Origin: Verrucomicrobiota bacterium
GTDB lineage: Bacteria; Verrucomicrobiota; Kiritimatiellia; CAIQIC01
Assembly (NCBI GenBank): GCA_004321905.1
Contig: SCQF01000046.1
Location: forward strand, 25,614-89,613
DNA length: 64,000 bases
Reading direction: 5' to 3'
The notes beneath the pieces were generated by a model. It worked only from the letters and a program-made list of their open reading frames with translations, ran no database searches and was not told the origin of the DNA. The translations under genes were made by a program, and so were the position numbers. Within the stretch, counting starts at the first letter, position 1, and each line of letters starts with the position of its first letter. Shown here piece by piece: positions 49,872 to 59,708 of the stretch.

Positions 49872-51008
49872 TCAAACCAATTCGGCAAAAACACGATCGC
49901 TAATGAACAGGCTGCGCTCTGTCAGGCGCAAGCGTCCGGATTCCAATTCCAACAGCTCCAAAGCAAGCAGGCGCGGCACGGCATCGCCACCGAGGGCCAG
50001 CGCATCGAACCCCGTCTGTTGCCGAAAAACCGCGAGCTCCACGCCATTGAGCAGGCGTAAGCCCACGATCAGTGTTTCACGCGCCTTGGCTTCCGGCGCC
50101 AGTTGTTCCTCAAAATCACAGGGCGACCGCCCGTTCGCGATGCGCCGGCAATACTCGTCCAAATCTTCAATGTTGGATCGCCGCCGCCCGGCCACATGCG
50201 CGTGCGCCGCCGGCCCACAGCCGAAGTACTCGCCACCGCGCCAGTAGTTCAGATTATGCAAACATTCACGGCCCGGTCGCGCAAAGTTGGAAATTTCATA
50301 GTGCTGAAAACCTGCGCTTTTCATTTCGCGGCGGATCGCATGATATTGCTCGGCCTGCACCTCGTCCGGCACCTCGACAACTGCGCCGCGCGCACATTGC
50401 GCCGCCAGCGGCGTATCGGGCTCAACGGTGAGCGCGTAACAAGAGATATGGTCAGGCTGCCACGCCAAGAGCCCATGCAAGTCATTCAACACCGCGTCCG
50501 TTGTTTTGCCCGGTAGCGCGTACATCAAATCCACGCTCACGTTCTCGAACCCCGCCGTGCGGAGCAGTTCAAAACTCATCCGTGCATCGGCGGCGGTATG
50601 GATACGACCCAGCCGCTCCAGCATCGCATCGTCGAGCGTCTGCACGCCAAGCGATGCGCGGTTCATGCCGGACGCCCGCAGCAAGTCCGCCTTCGCCGGC
50701 GTCAGCGTCCCGGGATTTACCTCCACCGTCCATTCGCGCACCGCGGCACGCCGCACCTGTGGACGTAATAGGCCGAGTAAATTTTCCAATTGCCGCTGCG
50801 ACAAGGCCGTCGGTGTGCCGCCGCCGATAAAAAGGGTATCGGGCGCGAAGTTCACGGGCAGGGCTGCGAGTTCCTTTTCCAAGGCTTGGAAAAAGTCGGC
50901 GATCCGTTTTCCAAGGCCTGGAACTTTTGCGGCCAGCGGCAGCGAATAAAAACCGCAATAGACGCATTTGCTTTCGCAAAACGGAATATGGAGATACAGC
51001 CCGGCCAT
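49872..51008 (-). CDS. hemW: Radical SAM heme chaperone HemW (HemN-like)
   Basis: LYLHIPFCESKCVYCGF, GGGTPT, HYEISNFA and HNLNYW motifs. Confidence 0.92.
   Translation of the reverse strand: MAGLYLHIPFCESKCVYCGFYSLPLAAKVPGLGKRIADFFQALEKELAALPVNFAPDTLFIGGGTPTALSQRQLENLLGLLRPQVRRAAVREWTVEVNPGTLTPAKADLLRASGMNRASLGVQTLDDAMLERLGRIHTAADARMSFELLRTAGFENVSVDLMYALPGKTTDAVLNDLHGLLAWQPDHISCYALTVEPDTPLAAQCARGAVVEVPDEVQAEQYHAIRREMKSAGFQHYEISNFARPGRECLHNLNYWRGGEYFGCGPAAHAHVAGRRRSNIEDLDEYCRRIANGRSPCDFEEQLAPEAKARETLIVGLRLLNGVELAVFRQQTGFDALALGGDAVPRLLALELLELESGRLRLTERSLFISDRVFAELV
50877..50923. repeat. Palindrome doublet, in frame in hemW
   Basis: Units at 50877 and 50909; encodes VPGLGKRIADFFQALEK. Confidence 0.9.
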
Positions 51009-51014
51009 GACGCG

Positions 51015-51296
51015 CTATTTTTCTTCGCCAAGGGCGAACATACGTTCGAGATCGTGCCGCGAGAAAACCTGGAAGGCGATGAGGGTTTCTGACCGCGTAA
51101 TACCGGCAACCTGCAGCATCTGGCGGGTCACGATTTCCGCCAGGGCCTCGTTGTTTTTGACGCGCAGAATGGCCACGAGATCATAGCGCCCAGCCACGGA
51201 AAAAACCTCCGTGATACCCGCCAGACCCGCGAGCCGTTCTGCTACTTCGTTCACCTGCCCCCGTTCGGTATTCAGCAGCACCATAGCCGTAATCAT
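51015..51296 (-). CDS. Stand-alone Lrp/AsnC ligand-binding domain protein
   Basis: EVFSVAGRYDLVA...GITRSETLIAF. Confidence 0.88.
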   Translation of the reverse strand: MITAMVLLNTERGQVNEVAERLAGLAGITEVFSVAGRYDLVAILRVKNNEALAEIVTRQMLQVAGITRSETLIAFQVFSRHDLERMFALGEEK

Positions 51297-51320
51297 GATT
51301 GTATGCTCCTCTTGATCGGT

Positions 51321-52046
51321 TTACCAAAAATGGTAATCACCCGTGGCCACTATGTAGATCCCCAGCAGGTAGTTGGTGATGCCGTGGGTGATGATCGCCG
51401 CCCAAAGGTCGCGCGTGCGCAGCAGCACCCAGCCGAACGCCAACCCGGCGAGAATGCCAGCGAACCACTGCGTATGTTCAAAGCCAAAGACGATGTTCAC
51501 GGTCAGGAAGATGAAGGGATGGAATTGCCCCAAATCCACCTGCCAGAATTTTCCGCCCAGCATCCAGCGATAGATGAAACTGCGCCAGAACAATTCCTCA
51601 CACGCAGCGATCGTCACGGAGGTGCCGAACAGCTTGATCGCTACCAGTGGCCAGCCACAGGTTTCCGGCGCAAAGGGCCAAACCTTGGGCAACGCCGGCG
51701 CGCCTGACCACGGTTGCACGGCGAGATAACTCATATAAAAATTGTGGAACGACGGGCAATGCGTTTGCATCCACGGCGTTTCCGGCACGACCCAGATGGC
51801 AAACACCACGAGGCCCACCCCGAGTGCCAGCGGCAAATGCCGCACACGCAGCGGCGCATACCAGCGCCACGGACGCACCGCGAGCAGCAGCAAGGTACAG
51901 AGGATGGTTTGCATCGTGTAGCGCATCGCCGGCTTGATCTGCGGCACGTCCAGCCCGATCATAATCGTCACCCACAGGACGTACGGTGCGATGTGCGCGA
52001 CATAAGCCATTCGGCCGTGGTTGAGGCTTTGGACTTCCGGTTGCAT
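51321..52046 (-). CDS. CAAX prenyl protease-related intramembrane protease (CPBP)
   Basis: EELFWR, FGFEH and HGITN motifs; multiple TM helices. Confidence 0.88.
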   Translation of the reverse strand: MQPEVQSLNHGRMAYVAHIAPYVLWVTIMIGLDVPQIKPAMRYTMQTILCTLLLLAVRPWRWYAPLRVRHLPLALGVGLVVFAIWVVPETPWMQTHCPSFHNFYMSYLAVQPWSGAPALPKVWPFAPETCGWPLVAIKLFGTSVTIAACEELFWRSFIYRWMLGGKFWQVDLGQFHPFIFLTVNIVFGFEHTQWFAGILAGLAFGWVLLRTRDLWAAIITHGITNYLLGIYIVATGDYHFW

Positions 52047-52094
52047 GCAAAGTTTTCGCCATTGTAAGGAAAAACTTGCGAATGGCGACGCTTT

Positions 52095-52141
52095 TTCCAA
52101 TGATTGGAAACATATGAACGACCTTTTTCCAAGCCTTGGAA
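52095..52141. repeat. Palindrome doublet overlapping the aminotransferase start codon
   Basis: Units at 52095 and 52127; ATG at 52114 lies in the spacer. Confidence 0.9.
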
Positions 52142-53082
52142 AAGCCGACGTGGCTGCGCGGCTTGATGCGTCCATCGCATCGCACCAGCAAAACTACTTC
52201 GCCCTGTTTTCCAGCCTGCTCGGCGGCATCGTCACCGATCCACGCTGGATGCTGGTGCCCGTGGACGATCATCTCGTCCATCGCGGCGATGGCGTGTTCG
52301 ACACCGCCAAGTGTGTCGCGGGTAATCTTTATAATCTCGAAGCGCACCTTGATCGGCTGGAAACTTCCGCCGCGCGTATCGCACTCCAAGCGCCGTTGGA
52401 CCGCCCCACCCTGCGCGCGGCGGTCATTGCCACGGTGCGTGCCGGCGGTCGCCGTGATTGCCTCGTCCGTATTTTGCTCGGCCGCGGCCCCGGCAGCTTG
52501 GGCATCAGTCCGCGCGATGCTCCGCGCGCCTCGCTTTACATCATCGCCTACGCCGGTCAGCCGCCCTTCATGACGACGCATCCCGGCGGCGCGCGAATCA
52601 TCACCAGCCGCGTGCCGGTCAAATCCGATTTTTTTGCGACGATCAAAACCGTCAACTATTTGCCGAACGCGCTGATGAAATTGGAAGCCGTGCAAGCCGG
52701 CGTAGACTTTGCCGTCGCGTTTGATGCTGAGGGCCACATGGCGGAGGGCGCGACGGAAAATTTCGGCATCGTGACGGCTGATCGCCGGCTGCGGCTGCCC
52801 GGCTTGGCACATATTCTCGCCGGCACGACCATGAAACGCGCCGCCGAACTGGCTGTTGAAATAGTGCGCGACATCGAACGCGGCGCGATCACGCGCACCG
52901 AGGCGCTGACTGCGTCCGAGGTTTTAATCTTCGGCACCACACCCGACGTCACCAGCGTCGTCGCATGGGACGGCCACCGTATCGGCGCCGGTCAGCCTGG
53001 CCCGGTCGGCCAGGCGCTGAACGCCCGCCTCCAGCGTGACATGCTGGAAAACCATGACTTGCTCACAGCGGTCTGGAAATAA
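52114..53082 (+). CDS. Class IV aminotransferase (D-amino-acid/branched-chain/ADC lyase-like)
   Basis: HRGDGVFDT, HLDRL, IKTVNYLPN, EGATEN and ILAGTT motifs. Confidence 0.92.
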   Translation: MNDLFPSLGKADVAARLDASIASHQQNYFALFSSLLGGIVTDPRWMLVPVDDHLVHRGDGVFDTAKCVAGNLYNLEAHLDRLETSAARIALQAPLDRPTLRAAVIATVRAGGRRDCLVRILLGRGPGSLGISPRDAPRASLYIIAYAGQPPFMTTHPGGARIITSRVPVKSDFFATIKTVNYLPNALMKLEAVQAGVDFAVAFDAEGHMAEGATENFGIVTADRRLRLPGLAHILAGTTMKRAAELAVEIVRDIERGAITRTEALTASEVLIFGTTPDVTSVVAWDGHRIGAGQPGPVGQALNARLQRDMLENHDLLTAVWK

Positions 53083-53141
53083 CAGAGCACCATGATTTTT
53101 CTTGCATCCAGCATTTTCCCCGCTAGAGTACGCGCCGCGAC

Positions 53142-53218
<77 letters not shown>

Positions 53219-53223
53219 ATTCC

Positions 53224-53254
53224 AAGCCCGGTGGAAATTCCACCGGGCTTTTTT
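53224..53254 (+). terminator. Intrinsic terminator after tRNA-fMet (second copy at 53603-53633)
   Basis: AAGCCCGGTGGAA-A-TTCCACCGGGCTT followed by a T tract. Confidence 0.88.
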
Positions 53255-53533
53255 ATGGCGGCACCACATCCATATTGGGTCTATGTGCTCTGGTCGACAA
53301 CCGGTGAATGTTTTTATGTCGGCGTTACAGATGATCTCGATCGGCGGCTCGCGCAACACAACGACGGCAGCTCACAATGGACCCGCCGTTATGCCGGTTC
53401 ATGGGCATTGGTTTGGCAAAAATCATTCGACACCTTGGGCGTTGCACGCGCACATGAGAACCTGCTCAAGCGACAACGCGGCGGACACGGATTCTTCCAG
53501 CATACCGGTCTTGACCCAGCCATTTATCAATGA
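53255..53533 (+). CDS. Stand-alone GIY-YIG nuclease family protein
   Basis: YWVYVLWS...FYVGVTDDLDRRLAQHN.G...ARAHENLLKR. Confidence 0.9.
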   Translation: MAAPHPYWVYVLWSTTGECFYVGVTDDLDRRLAQHNDGSSQWTRRYAGSWALVWQKSFDTLGVARAHENLLKRQRGGHGFFQHTGLDPAIYQ

Positions 53534-53542
53534 CGCTCAACC

Positions 53543-53639
53543 GGCTCATAATCCCGCCGTGGCGGGATCATTGGTTCAAATCCAATCCCTGCTACCAATT
53601 CCAAGCCCGGTGGAAATTCCACCGGGCTTTTTTATGGCG
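53543..53639 (+). repeat. Duplicated 3' part of tRNA-fMet plus terminator, with junction hairpin
   Basis: 53568-53639 matches 53189-53260 (71/72); preceded by GGCTCATAA and hairpin TCCCGCC-GT-GGCGGGA. Confidence 0.93.
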
Positions 53640-53646
53640 TGATTTC

Positions 53647-54237
53647 ATGTCCATCGAAACTAGCCTGAGAATTTTCCCGCCCGACTGGACGCAGCCGATG
53701 CCGCTGCGCGATTTCTTCGGCAACGATCAGCCGATTGAAGTTGATTTGGGTTGCGGCAAGGGTCGCTTTCTTCTCGCACACGCCACGGCGCATCCCAACG
53801 TGAATTTTTTCGGCGTAGACCGGATGCTGCGCCGCATCCGCAAGGTGGACAACAAAGCGCGCCGACAGGCTCTGAGCAACATCCGCCTGATGCGCATGGA
53901 AGCCTACTACGCCACTACCTATTTACTACCGCCGGCCAGCATCGCCACCTACTATATTTTTTTTCCTGACCCGTGGCCGAAGAAACGACACCACGAACAC
54001 CGGCTGTTCAATTCACGCTTCATGGATGCGCTGCACCGCACGCTCACGCCCGGCGGCGGCGTACACTTCGCCACCGACCATCTACCCTACTTCGCGGAAG
54101 TCTGCGCGTTGATTCGCGCCGACCGCCGTTTTGCCGAAATTCCGCCGTTCGTGCCCGAACCCGAAGAGCAGACCGATTTCGAGCGTTATTACATTGGCCG
54201 GACGCCGATTGGCCGGTTTTCCTTTCGGAAAACATAA
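53647..54237 (+). CDS. trmB: tRNA (guanine-N7)-methyltransferase
   Basis: EVDLGCGKG, FFPDPWPKKRH, FATD and TDFE motifs. Confidence 0.95.
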   Translation: MSIETSLRIFPPDWTQPMPLRDFFGNDQPIEVDLGCGKGRFLLAHATAHPNVNFFGVDRMLRRIRKVDNKARRQALSNIRLMRMEAYYATTYLLPPASIATYYIFFPDPWPKKRHHEHRLFNSRFMDALHRTLTPGGGVHFATDHLPYFAEVCALIRADRRFAEIPPFVPEPEEQTDFERYYIGRTPIGRFSFRKT

Positions 54238-54239
54238 TT

Positions 54240-54254
54240 TTCCAAGGCTTGGAA
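54240..54254. repeat. Single palindrome unit after the trmB stop
   Basis: TTTTCCAAGGCTTGGAAA. Confidence 0.85.
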
Positions 54255-54334
54255 ACTGGCATAGATTTTCAGCTTTATTTGCGACGGTGCTTACGGTAGC
54301 GTGCGTAGCGTCCAACAGGAAAGGCAATCAATCC

Positions 54335-55324
54335 ATGAAGAAATTTGTTTTGGGTCTCGCAGTACTGGGGGCGCTGAGTTTGGCAGGCGTGTCGGCACAA
54401 GAAACTGACAACCTGAATGCAGAAATCAGCGCGTTGTTTAGTAAATTCGAGTCCATGGGTCACGGCTATTACACGCAAGCGGAATGGAGTCGGCTCAGTC
54501 AGCAGATGGACGCCATCGCCACGCGCGCCGAAACCGCCAAAGCATGGGATCAATTGGTCGAACTGAACCGAATCAAAGCGATGGCGCTGGGTCAGTTGAT
54601 GCGCGACCCGACGGCGGCCGTCGCCGTACTCAAGACCACGCTCACCAAATACGGTCAACTCGCTCCGGCGAAGATGGGCCGCATCTACGCGCTACTGGCG
54701 GATAATTATGCCCAGCTGGGCAACGAAGCGGAAATCACCACGCTCATCAAAGAATTTGAACAGAGCGCTTATTACAACGCCGAGCAGTATCCGTTCTCCG
54801 GCGGGCAAGGTACCGAAGTGCCGCTGACCGTGACGCGCCCCGCCGCGAAAGGCGCGGCTTCGATCATCGTCACCATGATGGAGCGCGCCCGTCGCAAAGC
54901 CACCTTTGGCCCGGGCAAAGTTTTCCCCGAGGCGACGCTCACCACGCTGCAAGGGCAAACCATCGCACTCGCGTCATTACGCGGCAAAGTGGTGTTAGTG
55001 GAATTTTGGATTCACGGACGCATGCTGCACCAGCGCCTGGTCCAGCAGATGAGGACCGCCTACCAGTTGCATCAGAAAGACGGCTTGGAAATTGTCAGCA
55101 TCAACCTCGAACCGAGCGAGGCATCGGCCACCTTGGCCGCCGATGCTCAGCGGCTGGGGATGAACTGGATTGTGACGACGCCGAACACGGAGTTGACGCA
55201 CAAGCTGGCGATCTTCGGCGACGCCACCAACTTCCTGCTCGACCGCAACGGCACCATCGTGACGCGCGATCTGCACGAAGCCGGCCTGCTGCAATCCGTC
55301 AAAGACGCCCTCGGCGTGCGCTAA
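54335..55324 (+). CDS. Secreted protein with C-terminal TlpA-like thioredoxin fold lacking CxxC
   Basis: Signal peptide; LRGKVVLVEFW, GLEIVSINL and NFLLDRNG motifs. Confidence 0.8.
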   Translation: MKKFVLGLAVLGALSLAGVSAQETDNLNAEISALFSKFESMGHGYYTQAEWSRLSQQMDAIATRAETAKAWDQLVELNRIKAMALGQLMRDPTAAVAVLKTTLTKYGQLAPAKMGRIYALLADNYAQLGNEAEITTLIKEFEQSAYYNAEQYPFSGGQGTEVPLTVTRPAAKGAASIIVTMMERARRKATFGPGKVFPEATLTTLQGQTIALASLRGKVVLVEFWIHGRMLHQRLVQQMRTAYQLHQKDGLEIVSINLEPSEASATLAADAQRLGMNWIVTTPNTELTHKLAIFGDATNFLLDRNGTIVTRDLHEAGLLQSVKDALGVR

Positions 55325-55330
55325 GCTGCT

Positions 55331-55918
55331 GTGCCCTCGCCTGTCGGTCATAGCCTGATCGGCCTGACGCTCGGCGTGGCGTTTTTGGTTGCGCGGCGGC
55401 GAACGGAAGGGTGGCACAAGTGGTTGGGCGAAAATCGCGGCAGTCTGTTGACCACGGTCATTGCCGCCAACGCGTGCGATCTTGATTACCTACCCGGCTT
55501 GTTGATCGGCGCGCCCAATTCCATGCACCGGTGGCTGGGCCATACCGCGCTATGGGCCGCATTAGCGGGCATCATCATCTGGCTGCTCTGGCGACGCCTC
55601 GCGCCCCGGCTTCCACGCGGGGCACTGCCGGTGCTGCTCGCGGTCGCACTTTCCCACATCGTCGCAGACTATTTCGACGAGGACACCCGTGCGCCCTTTG
55701 GCATCCTCGCACTGTGGCCGTTCTATGACGGTTTTCTGATCTCCGCACATCCGATTTTTCTGAGCCTACAAAAAACGTCGCTCGCGGATGTGGTCTCGTG
55801 GCACAACGTTCGCGCCGTAACGCAAGAGGCGCTCTTGACGCTCCCGGCCTTGCTCGTCGTTGTGTTTTACAAATTGCGCCCGATCCGGCATGATGTCGCG
55901 CCAACGAAACCTGCATGA
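55331..55918 (+). CDS. Membrane metal-dependent hydrolase (YdjM-like)
   Basis: PVGHS, DLD, HRWLGH, SHIVAD and G..LWPF motifs. Confidence 0.85.
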   Translation: MPSPVGHSLIGLTLGVAFLVARRRTEGWHKWLGENRGSLLTTVIAANACDLDYLPGLLIGAPNSMHRWLGHTALWAALAGIIIWLLWRRLAPRLPRGALPVLLAVALSHIVADYFDEDTRAPFGILALWPFYDGFLISAHPIFLSLQKTSLADVVSWHNVRAVTQEALLTLPALLVVVFYKLRPIRHDVAPTKPA

Positions 55919-56745
55919 ACGAATCCATTCCAGCCAAGCTTGGCATCATCGCGGGCAAAGGCCATTATCCGTTGCTGCTGGCCGAATCGGCGCGGCAGCA
56001 GGGCGTCCGCGAAATCTTTGCGCTCGCGTTTCACGGTGAGACCGAGCGGCGTATCCAGAAATTAGCCGACCGTGTCGTCTGGGTGCGCCTCGGCCAGTTG
56101 AGCGCGGCCTATGCCGCGCTGCAAGCCAGCGGCGTGCCGCATTTCGTCATGGCCGGTCAGATCACACCGACTTCACTCTTCAACATGCGGATGGACCGCG
56201 AATTGCTCGCGCTGCTGGGTCGGCTCCGCGAACGCAATGCTCATTCCATTTTCGGCGCGCTGACCGCAGAACTCAGCCAGCGCGGCATCGAAATGCTGCC
56301 GGCCAGCCGATTCATGGAAGCGCACATGCCCGACCCCGGCATCCTCACCACGCGCGCGCCGACGCCAGAACAGCAGGCGGATATCGAGCTTGGCCAGAAA
56401 GTCGCCAAGACAACGAGCGGATTGGAAATCGGCCAGACGGTGGCCATCAAAAACGGCACTATTTTGGCCGTCGAAGCCTTCGAGGGCACCGACGAAACGA
56501 TTCAGCGCGCCGGCAAGCTTGGCGGTCCCGGCGCGGTGGTGGTCAAAGTTTCCAAGCGCGGCCACGACGTGCGCTTCGATCTTCCGGTCGTCGGCGAACG
56601 CACACTCAAGTCGCTACGCAAAGCAGGTGTTGCCGTACTCGCCGTGGAAGCGCGCCGCACAATCTTGCTCGATCGTCCGGCCATCATCGCCCAAGCCGAA
56701 CGCCAAGGGTTGTGCTTGGTCGCCATCGAAACAACGGAGAATTGA
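55915..56745 (+). CDS. lpxI: UDP-2,3-diacylglucosamine diphosphatase LpxI
   Basis: LGIIAGKG.YP, IGQTV, AVEAFEGTD..I.R and D.RFDLPVVG motifs. Confidence 0.92.
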   Translation: MNESIPAKLGIIAGKGHYPLLLAESARQQGVREIFALAFHGETERRIQKLADRVVWVRLGQLSAAYAALQASGVPHFVMAGQITPTSLFNMRMDRELLALLGRLRERNAHSIFGALTAELSQRGIEMLPASRFMEAHMPDPGILTTRAPTPEQQADIELGQKVAKTTSGLEIGQTVAIKNGTILAVEAFEGTDETIQRAGKLGGPGAVVVKVSKRGHDVRFDLPVVGERTLKSLRKAGVAVLAVEARRTILLDRPAIIAQAERQGLCLVAIETTEN

Positions 56746-56748
56746 CCC

Positions 56749-57738
56749 ATGCTCTTCGGATCATCCAAGTCTGCCACAACTTCCGAAATGCCGACGGAAA
56801 AAATCAAAGTCGGCGTGGTTGGCGTCGGCGCACTCGGCCAACACCATGCGCGGATTTACTCCGAATTGCCGGAAGCCCAACTGGTGGGTGTCTATGACGT
56901 GGATGCCGGGCGTGCGAGTTCCATAGCTCGGAAATTCGGCGTTGCGGTTTTCCAAACCTTGGAAAGCCTGGTCGAGCAGTGCGAGGCTGCGAGCGTCGTG
57001 GTGCCCACCGACCGCCACCGCGAGATCGCCGGACTGCTGCTGGAGCACGGCCTGCACTTGCTCGTGGAAAAGCCGATTGCCGCCACCACCGCCGAGGCCG
57101 AGGCACTCGTTCAGTTGGCCGAGGCGCGTAATCTCATCTTGCAGGTCGGCCATGTCGAACGCTTCAATCCGGTGTTGGGCTTTCTCGATAGCCTGCAAAA
57201 GCCGCCACGCTTCATTGAGGCGCACCGGCTGGCCCCCTACCCTCCCCAGCGCGAAGGTCTCCCGCCGCGCGGCACCGAGGTCAGCGTTGTACTCGACCTG
57301 ATGATCCACGACCTCGAAGTGATTCTGCACCTCGTCCGCTCGCCGGTGAAGGCGATCCACGCCGTCGGCATTCCGGTTTTGAGTCCGACGGAAGACATCG
57401 CCAACGTGCGCTTGGTCTTTGAGAACGGCTGTGTCGCTAACGTCACCGCGAGTCGCATCAGTCCCGAGAAGATGCGGAAGATTCGCACCTTCTTTCCCGA
57501 TTGCTACGTCTCGCTCGATTATCAAGAGCAGAGTGGTCAAATCTACCGCAAGGACGGCGCAAACATCACCCGCGACAAGATTGAGATTGCGCGCGGCGAG
57601 CCGCTCGCCAACGAATTGCGCGCCTTCGTCCGTTGCGTTGCCGAGCGCGGCCAGCCGGTGGTCAGCGGCGCGCACGCCGCGGAGGCCCTCAAACTTGCGG
57701 TCGCCATCATGCACCGTATCCGCGAGGGCGCGTCGTGA
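56749..57738 (+). CDS. Gfo/Idh/MocA oxidoreductase (GnnA-like by context)
   Basis: VGVGALGQHH, VEKP, VGHVERFNP and DLMIHD motifs; between lpxI and lpxB. Confidence 0.9.
   Translation: MLFGSSKSATTSEMPTEKIKVGVVGVGALGQHHARIYSELPEAQLVGVYDVDAGRASSIARKFGVAVFQTLESLVEQCEAASVVVPTDRHREIAGLLLEHGLHLLVEKPIAATTAEAEALVQLAEARNLILQVGHVERFNPVLGFLDSLQKPPRFIEAHRLAPYPPQREGLPPRGTEVSVVLDLMIHDLEVILHLVRSPVKAIHAVGIPVLSPTEDIANVRLVFENGCVANVTASRISPEKMRKIRTFFPDCYVSLDYQEQSGQIYRKDGANITRDKIEIARGEPLANELRAFVRCVAERGQPVVSGAHAAEALKLAVAIMHRIREGAS
56950..56964. repeat. Single palindrome unit, in frame in the oxidoreductase
   Basis: TTCCAAACCTTGGAA (identical to units at 16275, 42091 and 43260) encodes FQTLE. Confidence 0.8.
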
Positions 57739-58871
57739 GCCGCACCGTGCTGGTGATCGCCGGCGAGGTCTCCGGCGACCAGCGCGCCGCCGAAGTCATC
57801 CGTGCGGTACGCGCTCAGCATCCCGATATTTCCTTTTGGGGCATTGGCGGCCCGGAGATGCGCGCCGCCGGTGCCGAAACGCTCCACGATATCCGCGAAA
57901 TGGCCGTGATGGGCTTGGTGGAGGTCTTGCGCCGCTACTTTTTCTTCCGCCGAGTTTTTAACGAGATGATCGCCGTCGCGGTGACCAAGAAACCCGACGC
58001 GGTTCTGCTGGTGGACTACCCCGGCTTCAACCTCCGCTTCGCCGCTCAAATGAAGCAACGCGGCATCAAAGTGATTTATTACATCTGCCCGCAAGTCTGG
58101 GCTTGGCACCGCTCGCGTATCCCCAAGATGGCGCAAATCGTAGATCGCTTACTGGCAATTTTCCCTTTTGAACCAGAGGTTTTCACGGGCACAAACCTGA
58201 AAGTGGATTTCGTCGGTCATCCGCTCGTGGACGTGGCCCAAGCGGCGCGCAATGCCTCACCCCGGTCGCTGCCGTGGCAAGGTGAGCCGTGTATTGCGTT
58301 GCTGCCCGGCAGCCGCCGTCAGGAAATCGAACGCATCCTGCCACCGATCTGGCAAGCCGCCGGGATCATGCAACAACAGAATCCCAACGCCAGCTTCATC
58401 CTTGCCGCACCCTCGGAGGCCGTCGCCAAAATCGTTCGCGCCACGCTCGCTTCATTGAGTAACGGGCCGACAAAATGGGAGTTGGTCATTGACCAAACGC
58501 GCGCGGTATTGCGGCAAGCGCGCGCGGCGCTGGTCGCTTCCGGCACGGCGACGCTCGAAACCGCGCTGATGAACTGCCCAATGCTCGTCGTCTATAAAAC
58601 ATCGCTGCCGACCTATCTGATCGGTCGTCAGCTCATTCGCGTCAACCACATCGGCATGGTGAATCTGATCGCGGGGCGCACGGTCTGCCCAGAATTCATT
58701 CAGCACGACGCCACGCCGGAAAAGCTGGCCGTCGCACTAACACCACTGCTCGGAGAAACTACCGAGCGCGCCGCACAACTCACCGGTCTCGCCGAAGTCG
58801 CTACTAAACTCGGCGCACCCGGTGCCGCGAATCGCGCTGCGGATATTCTGCTCACCGAACTCGGAGCGTAA
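57735..58871 (+). CDS. lpxB: Lipid-A-disaccharide synthase
   Basis: AGEVSGD, DYPGFN, PQVWAW, FVGHPL, LLPGSR and SGTATLE motifs. Confidence 0.96.
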   Translation: MSRTVLVIAGEVSGDQRAAEVIRAVRAQHPDISFWGIGGPEMRAAGAETLHDIREMAVMGLVEVLRRYFFFRRVFNEMIAVAVTKKPDAVLLVDYPGFNLRFAAQMKQRGIKVIYYICPQVWAWHRSRIPKMAQIVDRLLAIFPFEPEVFTGTNLKVDFVGHPLVDVAQAARNASPRSLPWQGEPCIALLPGSRRQEIERILPPIWQAAGIMQQQNPNASFILAAPSEAVAKIVRATLASLSNGPTKWELVIDQTRAVLRQARAALVASGTATLETALMNCPMLVVYKTSLPTYLIGRQLIRVNHIGMVNLIAGRTVCPEFIQHDATPEKLAVALTPLLGETTERAAQLTGLAEVATKLGAPGAANRAADILLTELGA

Positions 58872-59024
58872 AGCATCTCTGCATTGCACCACGGTTAAAA
58901 CAGCGGTTTCCTCCCCAAAATACATTTGATCAGTTCCTGCCACCTTCCAGGAGCCACGCAGTGTGGGTGGTATGGCTGCAATCACCGATTACAGCCAACG
59001 GAAGGAGTTTCAAGACCTGTTCGG

Positions 59025-59708
59025 TCAATGCACCGTTTCTGAAAATTTCTTTTCCGCCTGATAACTGAAGTAGGAATATACTGCTGGCACAATCCCGACC
59101 AAAATTACCAAGGGCAGAAGGCCCACAAGAAAGCAGAGCCGCGTTGGCAGAAACAAGCTTTCGGCGAAAAGACACGCTCCGCTCGCAACCATCAGGCGTC
59201 CACCCAGCCGGTGCGTTTTCATCCAGACCACGCGCAATTCTAGCGTCCATGGTGTGCGAAAACCGGCAAACCAATTGGGACGCAATTTGCCCATCGAATT
59301 ACCCATTACCGCAATCATCACACCCAGTCCGCCGGCAAGAAACCGGGTCATGTCCAGATGAAACCCCAGTGCCACGGCAAATATCGCCAGCGGTAGAGAG
59401 GAAAAGAACAGCGAGAATGCCAGCCGAAAAATTCTAAAAACCCCAGCGATGCTGGCCTGTGTTTCAACATCGTAATTTCGACATTTGGGATCCAAGCGCG
59501 GCAAAAAACCGATCAAGACAACCAAGGCCAGGTTGAGTATAGGAAAAAACAACGCGGCAAACTTTTTGCCGGCATAACCATCAATTTCACCACGAAAATT
59601 CCAATGAATCGGCAACCGGTCGGGCAATCTATCCCACAACAGGGCAGCAACACAAAATGGTGCGACCAGAATCAGCAGTTGCAGCCATTCTCTTTTTAGA
59701 AATTTCAT
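59025..59708 (-). CDS. sdpI: SdpI family immunity protein (DUF1648 + SdpI)
   Basis: LPDRLPIHWN..GEIDG and PNWFAGFRTPWTL....W.KTHR.GG motifs. Confidence 0.9.
   Translation of the reverse strand: MKFLKREWLQLLILVAPFCVAALLWDRLPDRLPIHWNFRGEIDGYAGKKFAALFFPILNLALVVLIGFLPRLDPKCRNYDVETQASIAGVFRIFRLAFSLFFSSLPLAIFAVALGFHLDMTRFLAGGLGVMIAVMGNSMGKLRPNWFAGFRTPWTLELRVVWMKTHRLGGRLMVASGACLFAESLFLPTRLCFLVGLLPLVILVGIVPAVYSYFSYQAEKKFSETVH

Noticed and set aside
58872..59024. Possible gene remnant between lpxB and sdpI
   Set aside because: Too short and no motif I can assign.
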